Shown here: one piece after another, positions 26,701 to 38,405 of the stretch
Layout of the letters: every line of letters begins with the position of its first letter
Numbering within the stretch: the first letter of the stretch is position 1
Assembly (NCBI GenBank): GCA_030770535.1
Contig: JASVEC010000020.1
Span: forward strand, 806,001-870,000
Source: Batkoa obscura
Lineage: Eukaryota
DNA length: 64,000 nt
Direction of reading: 5' to 3'
Notes under the pieces: model-generated
The model's database searches: none
Seen by the model: the letters and a program-made list of their open reading frames with translations, nothing else
Told to the model about the DNA's origin: nothing
Position numbers and translations under genes: made by a program

Positions 26701-28394
26701 AAACAAAGTTCTTAAGCTTACAAGACTATTTAAAGGAGCTAGATTTATTTGAAGTATGAATTTGATTAATGAAAAATGGATTTTCATAGTTTGACTTACC
26801 TAAGCTTATTTGATTTTAAATTGATCTAGTGTTGTTTTAGAAAGCTTGGATTTTTAATATCACTTTTATTCCAAAGTTAAAAAGCTGCCTTTAATTTACA
26901 CTAAAAGTAAAAAAGAAAGAAATTTTAGGGTTTTGTAATGAAAAAGAAGACATTCTGTGACGAGTTTGGATTTATTTTTTTGTCTTTGAATATCTCTGCA
27001 TTTTAAAAACTTTGCTTAAAATCCTATAACCTATAACAACTTTTTTATTAAAAATGAGAGTATGCAACAGGGTTAGTTTAAACTATTCTATTATAGTTTA
27101 TATTATAAGCTAAGCTAATTTCTACTAGATCTAATAAAAATCCATAGATTAACAAGGCTTTTACCAATGTAATATATATGTTGATATTAATCAAAGTTAT
27201 TATATTATGGGTATGTAAATAGAGGTATCTATTCTTATAAAACTTTATTGAGAAATACTTATTATCAACTGCTTTATAACCAACATACATTGCAGATTTG
27301 TTATCAAATAAACGAACTGTTTTAATGTTATAACTACATTAGTAATATATTGCCAAGTTAATAAATAGCTGCATGGGAGGGAGTGGTTAGCCTCAGAACT
27401 ATAATTAACCATCTCTATATAGTACAAGTAATAATAGTATTTACATATTATTACAGTTACTTGTTCTTTGACTATTTATTAACTTAGCTACTAATAACTT
27501 AAGTAATCAATCTTACATTTAACAATCTATTTCTATCATTCAACAAACTACTTACTTGTTTAGTAAATATCGAAATTTTTAAATTCTCTGTTATCTTCGT
27601 AAGGTAAGCTGGGATCGATCTTTTAATTTTTCTATTTTCTATAGACTTTATAACTCTAATTGTAGCTATATCGCTCTTTTTGATGTATCAGATACTGGAT
27701 AATAATGTAGTTTATTGTTATGTTTAATAAAGTGCAAACACTTCTCAATACCTTGCATCTCTATTATTCTTTTTGTATTTCTGTTTCTTTTGTACTTTTT
27801 AAAAATTATATCTGTTTTACCATTATTAACAGTCAAGTTATTAATTTTATTATGCTCGCAATTAAAAGCTCTGTAGAGATCAAATTGATTAAACAATCTC
27901 CTGCATATGCTGAACCATGATTCAATATTTCAGATAAATAATCAAAGTAAACTTTGCCTATTGTTTTATCATCTTTTAAATATAATACACCAAAATCTAA
28001 TACTGATATAGCCTGTTTATTATAATGATCTAGATTTATTGAATCTGGCCTTGTTCCTATTTCCATATTTTGTTTAAAATCTAAAATTATTATACAACTT
28101 TTGTTATTTAATTTTTTAATAGTTTCATTAAATGTGTTTTTTTGAGTATCAATACAGAATTTATGTAATCTGTATAGTTTTTCTTCTTCACTGAAAATTT
28201 CTTCTATCTCTGCTTTGTTTTTTGCTGTATTTATTTTGTTTTCAAATAACTTTTTTCTAACTGTATACTGGGTAACATATATTACATAGATCCGTTTTTC
28301 TTGCTGGATTTTTGAAATTACTTGGTATATGTTTAAAAAGTGTTGACCTCTAGGTACTGCTTTGTCTTTTGGATCATTCAAATAATTACTATAT

Positions 28395-28492
28395 GGGGAT
28401 GTTTTTTTGTGTTTAAGAATTTTACTAACAACCTTTCTACTCAAATAGCGCTTAAAAGATAGAAAAAATGGTGAAGTTAAAAAAACACCCTC
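28395..28492. mobile_element. MITE in copy D
   Basis: GGGGATG...CACCCTC, ATAT flanks. Confidence 0.88.
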
Positions 28493-28741
28493 ATATAATT
28501 CAGAATATTAGTTCAGCTATTTATTCTTATTATCCCAAAAACTATAAAAATCATTTTATTAAAAAAAGTAGTTAAACAGATTTTAAGTAGCCTTTTTGAA
28601 ATATTAGTATTTTAAGGAGATATAGCCTATAGCTATTATGAAGTAAGTTATATATATAAAGTCCGAATATTTTTAAAAGCTTTTAAAACATATTAGGATT
28701 ATTTTGAATTTAGAAAATTTATTTTAGTTTAGCTTTTATTA

Positions 28742-28778
28742 ATAATTAACCATGGGAATGACAAAGCGATATTTCACA
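28742..28778. mobile_element. Terminal fragment of the LTR seen at 36320-36783
   Basis: ATAATTAACCATGGGAATGACAAAGCGATATTTCACA matches the LTR end with 1 mismatch and is followed by ATAG of the transposase. Confidence 0.8.
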
Positions 28779-30052
28779 ATAGGTTGTAATGTTGATATTA
28801 TTATTATTGCTTGTTTTTGAATAATCATATTGATTTCTATTTATATTAAACCCAAAACTCTTGCATTCATCAAAAGAATATACTGAAGCTATAGTTGATA
28901 ATAACGCTACTTGTTGATTTTTATTTCCTATTTCCCTCAAAGCACTAATTTTATACATTACTTGATTAAGTTTATTATTATTGATAGTAAACTTTAATAT
29001 ATCTTTTCTTTGTTTTGTTTTGTTATAAAATTCCATAAACCTTGGGTTGTTATAAGTAGCTCTTAAAATTGATGTAAATGAATTACAATGTTTATATTGT
29101 GTACTCCTCTCCCTATTGTATTAAAATTTTCAAAAATTCCATTTCGAAGTTTAGTTATGAAAGTTTGCATTTTATTTTTATTTCAACAAAAAATAAAGTC
29201 AAATAATGTGTATTTATATAATACATAATCATATAGCTATATATTATATGTCTGTTAAATAACTAACAGAACTAACATAAAATATATAGTTAGGAAAATT
29301 AGCTATTTAAGAAAAGGAAACAATTAAAAATAAGTTTTAAATAGAGAGATTTAACTTTAGGCTTTTTAGATTTAACCGTCATATTGGACACAAACTTTAA
29401 ATTTTAAATTTTAAATTTGGATTAATTTCTAAATAGACTCTGAAACCAATTCGTACAGCCCCCATTAGTTGTTATTGATTTAAGGAGGAGAGAAATTCAA
29501 CTATTTTGATAGATTGGATTTTTATGGTTGTTTTTTAAGAGCTTTGCTAAATTATTAACAATTAAATGTATTAAATTTCTCGAACTATAAATCAAAATCT
29601 AAAAGGTAAAAACTCGCTTAATATTAATACCTTATTTAGTGTATAATGTTTAGAAAGTAAAACAATTTAGAAAGAAGAGAGTACAAATAGTAAATGAATT
29701 TTAAGTAAAGTGCTCAAGGCAATGTTTTAATGTTTTGTAATTGGCTTTCATAATCTAAAAATTATGAAAACTAGGTTATCTTTATTTAAGGGCTGATTCA
29801 ATATTGCAACCAAATCAAATCATCTGCAGTATGATTTTCTTTTTACAATAAATATATTAGCCATTGGTTGGTTATATTTTATAAGTACTTAACAACATTT
29901 AAAAAGGAGAATAGATTAATAAATGGTAAAGTGGTCAATATTTTCCTTTGCCATAGCCCTTTTCCTATACTTGTTGGGTATTTTATTTTGTATTTTTAAG
30001 CATTATTATAAGGTAACCCAAATTTTATTTTGAGAGTTAGTTAAACAAACAT

Positions 30053-30148
30053 GATGATGTTTTTTTTGGTTTCACTTTTTTGCACCTTTTAAGCGCTATT
30101 TGAGTGGAAAGATTGCTAATAGATTCTTAAACACAAAAATACATCCCT
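30053..30148. mobile_element. MITE
   Basis: Family core, slightly decayed termini. Confidence 0.8.
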
Positions 30149-31325
30149 ATATTAACAATTTTACTTAAAAAAAACTAAAAAACATACAATAGTATTCGTT
30201 GCATTGATTGGGGTCTGGCCAAGAAAACTAAAAAAGCTTTTTAAATTATTCTCTCCCCCTTCTCAGCTTGATTTTAATTCTGAAATAGGACTTAATTTGG
30301 TGCAGGTTTTCGAACCCTTTTTCTCACTTTGTCTCTGTTATAAAAAGCACCTAATTTTAAAGTTCAATAATGTTAGAAAACTGGTGCTTACTAGATAATA
30401 AAACACCCCAAAATTTAGTGTTGTTAGTTTCATTTTAATCTTTTAAATTTTTAGTTAAGCTTGTAGCAGTATTAGTTTGGGCAGCTTTATACATATATAT
30501 TTATAATTTAGCAGCATTGTTGGATAAAAGAGAGGAAGATATAGTACGAATTGCGAAAAAAGCAGAAACAGAAACCCCAATTGATTGAATTAAAATATTT
30601 AAATTTTAAAAAATCCGAGGTTATAAAAATAAAATAAAGATAATACTTCAGATATTTTCATTTAAAATTATAGTAAAGCTAAAGCAAAGATTAGTTTTTT
30701 TGTAGCGTTAAACTTTTTTAAATAACTAAATTTAAACTTTAGCTTTATATATTGTTAAGTATTTGCTTTTTGATTAAAAAGTGAACAACTGCTTTCAGTT
30801 ACTTTAAATTTTCAATCTTTTTGCAATATTTTTTGTTTAAAATTTAGCTATTTTTTCTAAAGAATTTTGCCAAAGCCTTTTTTAAGCACCTAAAAGCCCT
30901 TGGCTTAAAGTTTGTTTTCATCTGACAAAACAACTTAACAAAGCTTGGATTTCTAAAATAAATTATTAGGCTGATATTTTATTTGCAATAAGATTTTAAT
31001 TTTAGTTTTAATTTTATATCAAACGTTTTGAAAATAGGTTAAGCTTTTTAGTGAACAGTACACACCCATTGATGTTTAAAGTCTAGTAGTTTTATAATTT
31101 TTAAAATTTTGATTTAAGCAAATTTTAGCTAAATTTTGAAAAGTAATAAAATTCTTGGTAAAATAGTCAAGTTTTTTTTAAATTAAATTAAAATAGCGAT
31201 GTCACTCTGAAATTATAAAAATCCAACTTGCTCAGAAAGATTTTATTTTGTAAAAAAGCAGTTGTTGACTTTTGTTTATAGCTTTTATAGTTGAAGCTTT
31301 TCAATCGGAGGAGATTCCAATAAGT

Positions 31326-31418
31326 GGGGCTGTTTTTTTGGCTTCATTACTTTTCCATCTTTTAAGCGGGGCTATTTGAGCGGAAAGACTGTTAGTAATG
31401 AAGCCAAAAAACAGCCTC
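31326..31418. mobile_element. Variant MITE with two same-type ends
   Basis: GGGGCTGTTTTTTTGGCTTCATTAC ... GTAATGAAGCCAAAAAACAGCCTC. Confidence 0.8.
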
Positions 31419-32368
31419 ATACGACCATCAATCAGATATTTATAATGTGTAAATTTACAATCTTATATTAACTCTAACTTACCAAATATCAATTATGGTA
31501 ACTTAAAACATTTAGATGTAGTTAATATCCAATAACGTATAGGATATATTTATTAATCGAAATAATTAATTTATAGGTTAAATTATATTACATACAAATT
31601 ATAAAATATAATCTGTGGTTAAAATGATATATATATTAGGTTTTAATATTGAAGACGTTCTTAAACATAAACATAAACATATTAAATTAAATAAGACAAA
31701 ATTGTCTCTAAAATGTTAATAAATTTATAATCAACTTCTAATTTCAAATAGTATGTGGATTATTACTAAGGTTTTTAAAAGTAATTTAGTTATATTTTAA
31801 AACATCTTTTAATTAAAATGTTTTTATTATATGTGATATATGGTACTGCTTATTAATTTAAGGTTTGATATTATTAAGCTTTTAATTAGAAAGTTGTGGT
31901 ATAAAAGGCTAGCTTCAAAATATTAAGGGATATTTAGAATTGCTAGTTATTAATAGAATATTTCTAATATAGATTTTAAAATATATAAGCATTATTAGTA
32001 AGCTAAAGTTTAAGTTTTGATAATTATTTTTACTTAATATCAAAGAGAGGAGGCAAATCCCAGGTATAACCAAAATCCTATTTATTATACAAACTTTTAC
32101 AGTGATTTAAATTAGAAGGTGGGGGGGTTTGTTTGATTTTAACCAAGGGGGGGACCCTTTAGCGCTTTTAAAGACAAATGATGTTTGTTTTAAACTGTTT
32201 TAAACTGTTTTAGTATAAATTCTTGCTATTAAAATAGGCCGATTCCTTGGTTGGAATGCCATTAAAGAACTTATAAAATAAGCATTTTATAGTTTGAGAA
32301 TCTACGCTCCATTTTTTTCTGTTGCAACCAAGGCTTGATGTACTGAAACATTCCAAATAATTTAATAT

Positions 32369-32464
32369 GGGAGTGTTTTTTTGACTTCATTATTTTTTCC
32401 ATTTTTAAGCGCTATTTAAAAGCGGAAATTTTATCAAAATTCTTGAACACAAAAATATATCCCC
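32369..32464. mobile_element. MITE
   Basis: GGGAGTG...ATCCCC, ATAT/ACAT flanks. Confidence 0.85.
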
Positions 32465-32702
32465 ACATTTTAGCACTTAAAATGTTGTATCAATAGTAAA
32501 GTGGTTTGAAGGGCAGCAGTTGATCAATTGGAAAATAGCCAATAAAAGAACACGTATATGATAAAAGTTAAGTCAGAGCTTAATTTCTAATATGTTAAGA
32601 TGGACAAACAGTTTCCGCCTCTCATTAAACCATCTAGCTACTATTGTATTTAGCTACAAATTAAAGTTTTACAAGATATAGGAGGTTATAAAAATATAGT
32701 AT

Positions 32703-32808
32703 GGGGATGCATTTTTTTGTTTAAGAATTTTGCTAATAAATTTTCTGCTTTAATAAATAGTGCTCTCAAAAAATGGAAAAAGTAACGTAAATCAAAAAAA
32801 ACATCTTC
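32703..32808. mobile_element. Diverged MITE
   Basis: GGGGATGC...CATCTTC with the family core. Confidence 0.75.
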
Positions 32809-34072
32809 ATACTTGAGAGTTAGTTTTAAGCCAGAGTTTATTAGAAGAAATTAAAAATCATAAAAGAACAGACCTTGAAGGTAAGAAACAGCTTCTTTTT
32901 GGCTAAAACAGTTTTTTTGAAAATTTTAATGACCTCAAAAATAACATTAGAGGGATTGTCTAAATTAGTTTACTTATTTTATCCAATTTTTGAAAAATTT
33001 TGTATTTTAAAAACTTCGCTTAAAATTCTATAAAATCATCTTTTATTAAAACAAAAGTACCCAGACACAGTTCTAAATCATTATATTATAGCTCATACTG
33101 TAAGTTAAGTTAATTGAATTTCTATTAGATCTTAAATACATATTTTTGTAAAGATTAATTGGGGAATACTTATTATCAACTGCTTTATAACCAACATACA
33201 TTGCAGATTTGTTATCAAATAAACGAACTGTTTTAATGTTATAACTACATTAGTAATATATTGCCAAGTTAATAAATAGCTGCATGGGAGGGAGTGGTTA
33301 GCCTCAGAACTATAATTAACCATCTCTATATAGTACAAGTAATAATAGTATTTACATATTATTACAGTTACTTGTTCTTTGACTATTTATTAACTTAGCT
33401 ACTAATAACTTAAGTAATATTAACATTTAATGATTAATTTATATTACTTGATAAGCTACTTGTTTAGTAAATATCGAAATTTTTAAATTCTCTGTTATTT
33501 TTATGAGGTAAGCTGGGATCGATCTTTTAATTTTTCTATTTTCTATAGACTCTATAACTCTAATTGGGACTATATCGCTTTTTTTTGATGTATCAGATAA
33601 TAGATAACAATGTAGTTTATTGTTATGTTTAATAAAGTGTAAATACTTCTTAATGCCCTGCATCTCTATTATTCTTTTTGTATTTCTGTTTCTTTTGTAC
33701 TTTTTAAAAATTATATCTGTTTTCCCATTATTAACAGTCAAGTTATTAATTTTATTATGCTCGCAAATAAAAGCCTCAAATCTTGAAATTAATTGATCGA
33801 TATCTTCTATTTTACCTAATGCTTCAAAACTACTTTTCCATTTTGAGAGGTTTCCAAAATGTCCATCAACTATACTTTTTCCATGATGCTCAGCAAAAAA
33901 ATTAAGATTAACATTCAAACTACTATTTATTTTATGGACTTCTTTAAACATATAATGTAGAAACTCTTGGGATCTAAAATGGCTTCTTGTATCTGTTCAT
34001 ATATTAATTTTTGTAAACTTTTTAAATAGAAGCTCTGTAGAGATCAAATTGATTAAACAATATCCTGCATAT

Positions 34073-34170
34073 GGGGATGTATTTTTGTGTTTAAGGACTT
34101 TACTAACAAATTTTCCACTTAAATAGCGCTTAAAAAATGGAAGAAATAATGAAGTCAAAAAAACACTCCC
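34073..34170. mobile_element. MITE nested in frame in copy E transposase
   Basis: Empty site CCTGC-ATAT-GCTGAA in the other copies; ATAT is duplicated here. 98+4=102 bp. Confidence 0.95.
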
Positions 34171-34658
34171 ATATGCTGAACCATGATTCAATATTTCAGA
34201 TAAATAATCAAAGTAAACTTTGCCTATTGTTTTATCATCTTTTAAATATAATACACCAAAATCTAATACTGATATAGCCTGTTTATTATAATGATCTAGA
34301 TTTATTGAATCTGGCCTTGTTCCTATTTCCATATTTTGTTTAAAATCTAAAATTATTATACAACTTTTGTTATTTAATTTTTTAATAGTTTCATTAAATG
34401 TGTTTTTTTGAGTATCAATACAGAATTTATGTAATCTGTATAGTTTTTCTTCTTCACTGAAAATTTCTTCTATCTCTGCTTTGTTTTTTGCTGTATTTAT
34501 TTTGTTTTCAAATAACTTTTTTCTAACTGTATACTGGGTAACATATATTACATAGATCCGTTTTTCTTGCTGGATTTTTGAAATTACTTGGTATATATTT
34601 AAAGAACGTTGACCTAGCTACTGCTTTATCTCTTAGATCATTAAAATATTTACTATAT

Positions 34659-34757
34659 GGGGATGTTTTTTTTGGCTTCATTATTTTTTCCATCTTTTAA
34701 GCGCTATTTGAGTGAAAAAACTGTTAGTAAAATTCTTAAATACAAAAATACATTCCC
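34659..34757. mobile_element. MITE in copy E
   Basis: ATAT flanks. Same target site as 17651 but opposite orientation. Confidence 0.9.
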
Positions 34758-34761
34758 ATAT

Positions 34762-34859
34762 GGTGATGTTTTTTATGTTTAAGAATTTTACTAACAAATT
34801 TTCCATTTAAATAGTGCTTAAAAGATAGAAAAAGTAATGAAGCCAAATAAAACAGCCCC
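34762..34859. mobile_element. MITE in copy E (tandem with previous)
   Basis: GGTGATG...CAGCCCC, separated from the previous MITE by ATAT. Confidence 0.9.
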
Positions 34860-35119
34860 ATATAGCTATATATTATATATCTGTTAAATATTTGACAGAA
34901 ATAACATAAAACATGTAATTAGGAAAATTAGCTATTTAAGAAAAGAAGACAATTAAAATAAGTTTTTAAAAGTTAAATAAAGAGATTTAATTTCAAAGTA
35001 AATCCTGAAATCAACCATTTTAAATTTTGATTGGAAACTTTTATTCTAGTTGTTGATTTTATAGCCTAACTTTCCATGCCTCTCTATGCACACAACTTAA
35101 CTTCATGTTTCATGAAGAA

Positions 35120-35192
35120 TGATCCCGCCAGGGATCGAACCTGGAATCTTCTGTTCCGTAGACAGACGCCTTATCCATTGGGCCACGGGACC
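35120..35192 (-). tRNA. tRNA-Arg (anticodon ACG), identical to 20332-20404
   Basis: Same 73-nt cloverleaf sequence, unrelated flanks. Confidence 0.93.
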
Positions 35193-35260
35193 GTTCCAAC
35201 CTATCGTGTTAATAGAGATATAAACAGCTAAAAATAATATTTTTAAAAAAATGGCAATAT

Positions 35261-35359
35261 GGGGATACTTTTTTTGGCTTCATCACTTTTTCTATTTTTT
35301 AAGCGCTATTTGAGTGGAAAGATTATTAATAAAATTCTTAAATACAAAAATACATCCCC
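35261..35359. mobile_element. MITE
   Basis: GGGGATAC...CATCCCC, ATAT TSD. Confidence 0.9.
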
Positions 35360-35442
35360 ATATATAGAAAATATAATAATGGATATACTAAATAATACTG
35401 TAGTTTCTAAAAGCATAATTTCAAATTTTAGTTTAATAATAT

Positions 35443-35540
35443 AGGGAGTGTTTTTTTGACTTTCATTGCTTTTTCCATTTTTTAAGCGCTATTTGGGCGG
35501 AAAAATGTTAGTAAAATTTCTTAACACAAAAGTATATCTC
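35443..35540. mobile_element. MITE
   Basis: Family core, abutting the copy F 5' end. Confidence 0.8.
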
Positions 35541-35545
35541 AATAT

Positions 35546-36179
35546 GGGGATGTCATGGTTGATTTCAGGATTTACTTTGAAATTAAATCTCTTTATTTAA
35601 CTTTTAAAAACTTATTTTAATTGTCTTCTTTTCTTAAATAGCTAATTTTCCTAATTACATGTTTTATGTTATTTCTGTCAAATATTTAACAGATATATAA
35701 TATATAGCTATATGGGGCTGTTTTATTTGGCTTCATTACTTTTTCTATCTTTTAAGCACTATTTAAATGGAAAATTTGTTAGTAAAATTCTTAAACATAA
35801 AAATACAACTCTATATGATTATGTAATTATATAAATACATAGTTATATAAATACAGTTATTTGACTTTATTTTTTGTTGAAAAATAAAATGCAAACTTTC
35901 ATAACTAAACTTCCAAATGGAATTTTTGAAAATTTTAATACAATAGGGAGGAGTACACAATATAAACATTGTAATTTATTTACATCAATTTTAAGAGCTA
36001 CTTATAACAACCCAAGGTTTATGGAATTTTATAACAAAACAAAACAAAGAAAAGATATATTAAAGTTTACTATCAATAATAATAAACTTAATCAAGTAAT
36101 GTATAAAATTAGTGCTTTAAGGGAAACAGGAAATAAAAATCAGCAAGTAGCGTTATTATCAACTATAGCTTCAGTATAT
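35546..36179 (+). mobile_element. Sola-like transposon copy F (5' part only, interrupted by copy G)
   Basis: ATAT-GGGGATGTCATGGTTGATTTCAG terminus. The transposase N-terminal ORF 35874-36191 is broken at ATAT (36176-36179). Confidence 0.88.
35714..35812. mobile_element. MITE in copy F 5' UTR
   Basis: ATAT TSD. Empty site GCTATATGATT in copy C. Confidence 0.88.
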
Positions 36180-36319
36180 GGGGTTATCTAAATTAGTTTC
36201 ATTATTTTATCCAATTTTTGAAAAATTTTGTATTTTAAAAACTTCGCTTAAAATTCTATAAAATCATCTTTTATTAAAACAAAAGTACCCAAACACAGTT
36301 CTAAATCATTCTATTATAG

Positions 36320-36783
36320 TGTGAAATCTGGTACTCAGGGTTTAGAGTCAAGAACAGCTATTGCTGGGTTGACTACACTATAAGTCGAAAGGTCTTAGTT
36401 TATGTGACTAAGATAGACTTGGATTATGAGGAATAGCACGTAATAAGTTATGGACTATGTAAAACAAATAGAATAGACAATACTAATGTAAAATCTATGT
36501 AAAATACTATTAAGAAAACTTAGTGGCTTTATTAAATGCTCGAGATATCAGGGAATAATTCAGTTAAAAAGCTTCGAACTATTATACTCTGTAAACTCTT
36601 TTATACTCTGAAAAGTATAAATATCAAAATGAGAAGACAATATTCTTTTGGATGGAGCTAGAAATTCTCATAACAAATCAAAATAAGAATATGGGATTGA
36701 TTTCCTCTGAACTCGAGAACACAGCAGCTTAGGCGATTGTTATGTTATAATTAACCATGGGACTGACAAAGCGATATTTCACA
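36320..36783. mobile_element. Solo LTR of an LTR retrotransposon (464 bp)
   Basis: TG...CA ends with perfect 8-bp inverted termini TGTGAAAT/ATTTCACA. 4-bp ATAG TSD confirmed against the empty site in other transposon copies. Confidence 0.85.
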
Positions 36784-37990
36784 ATAGTTCGTACTGTAAG
36801 TTAGTTGAATTTCTATTAGATCTTAAATACATATTCTTGTAAAGATTAATTGGGGAATACTTATTATCAACTGCTTTATAACCAACATACATTGCAGATT
36901 TGTTATCAAATAAATGAACTGTTTTAATGTTATAACTACATTAGTAATATATTGCCAAGTTAATAAATAGCTGCATGGGAGGGAGTGGTTAGCCTCAGAA
37001 CTATAATTAACTATCTCTATATAGTACAAGTAATAATAGTATTTACATATTATTACAGTTACTTGTTCTTTGACTATTTATTAACTTAGCTACTAATAAC
37101 TTAAGTAATATTAACATTTAATGATTAATTTATATTACTTGATAAGCTACTTGTTTAGTAAATATCGAAATTTTTAAATTCTCTGTTATTTTTATGAGGT
37201 AAGCTGGGATCGATCTTTTAATTTTTCTATTTTCTATAGACTCTATAACTTTAATTGGGACTATATCGCTTTTTTTTGATGTATCAGATACTGGATAACA
37301 AGGTAGTTTATTGCTATGTTTAATAAAGTGTAAATACTTCTTAATGCCCTGCATCTCTATTATTCTTTTTGTATTTTTGTTTCTTTTATACTTTTTAAAA
37401 ATTATATCTGTTTTACCATTATTAACAGTCAAGTTATTAATTTTATTATGCTCGCAATTAAAAGCTCTGTAGAGATCAAATTGATTAAACAATCTCCTGC
37501 ATATGCTGAACCATGATTCAATATTTCAGATAAATAATCAAAGTAAACTTTGCCTATTGTTTTATCATCTTTTAAATATAATACACCAAAATCTAATACT
37601 GATATAGCCTGTTTATTATAATGATCTAGATTTATTGAATCTGGCCTTGTTCCTATTTCCATATTTTGTTTAAAATCTAAAATTATTATACAACTTTTGT
37701 TATTTAATTTTTTAATAGTTTCATTAAATGTGTTTTTTTGAGTATCAATACAGAATTTATGTAATCTGTATAGTTTTTCTTCTTCACTGAAAATTTCTTC
37801 TATCTCTGCTTTGTTTTTTGCTGTATTTATTTTGTTTTCAAATAACTTTTTTCTAACTGTATACTGGGTAACATATATTACATAGATCCGTTTTTCTTGC
37901 TGGATTTTTGAAATTACTTGGTATATGTTTAAAAAGTGTTGACCTCTAGGTACTGCTTTGTCTTTTGGATCATTCAAATAATTACTATAT

Positions 37991-38087
37991 GGGGATGTTT
38001 TTTGTGTTTAAGAATTTTACTAACAACCTTTCTACTCAAATAGCGCTTAAAAAATGGAAAAATAATGAAGCCAAAAAAAACATCACC
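37991..38087. mobile_element. MITE in copy G
   Basis: ATAT TSD. Same insertion as 17651. Confidence 0.9.
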
Positions 38088-38123
38088 ATATATCATTCTT
38101 CTAATTTTATTTAATATATATAT

Positions 38124-38221
38124 GGGGATGTATTTTTTTGTTTAAGAATTTTACCAACGATCTTTCCACTCAAATAGTGCTTAAAAAATGGAAAAATAAT
38201 GAAACTAAAAAAAACAGCCCC
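38124..38221. mobile_element. MITE in copy G
   Basis: ATAT TSD. Site unique to G. Confidence 0.9.
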
Positions 38222-38306
38222 ATATATTATCTGATGAATATTTACTATCATTATTTTTTTTATTAAATCTTGATGAAATAGTTGAATCATCTAGTAAATA
38301 CTGTAT

Positions 38307-38405
38307 GGGGCTGTTTTTTTTTGATTTCATTATTTTTCCATTTTTTAAGCACTATTTGAACGGAAAAATTATTAGTAAAATTCTTAAACACAAAAATACA
38401 TCCCC
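38307..38405. mobile_element. MITE in copy G
   Basis: GTAT TSD. Site unique to G. Confidence 0.9.

Larger units (their letters stand above)
26985..29463 (-). mobile_element. Sola-like transposon copy D (mosaic, decayed 3' end, internal rearrangement)
   Basis: Transposase fragments at 27500-28394 and 28779-29170. 5' TIR ...GAAACCAATTCGTACAGCCCCC ends at 29463. The left boundary is approximate. Confidence 0.85.
32952..35018 (-). mobile_element. Sola-like transposon copy E (retains catalytic core; N-terminal part deleted between tandem MITEs; 5' terminal 9 bp missing)
   Basis: 3' TIR GGGATTGTCTAAATTAGTTT. ORFs 33439-33951 and 33997-34332. 34860-35018 is the inverted match of the copy F 5' end. 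Confidence 0.88.

Noticed and set aside
32119..32160. G-runs as a polypurine tract or G-quadruplex
   Set aside because: No adjacent LTR or other supporting structure was seen.
20332..35192. Segmental duplication explaining the two tRNA clusters
   Set aside because: Identity stops at the tRNA boundaries, and the flanking elements differ in termini and insertion points.
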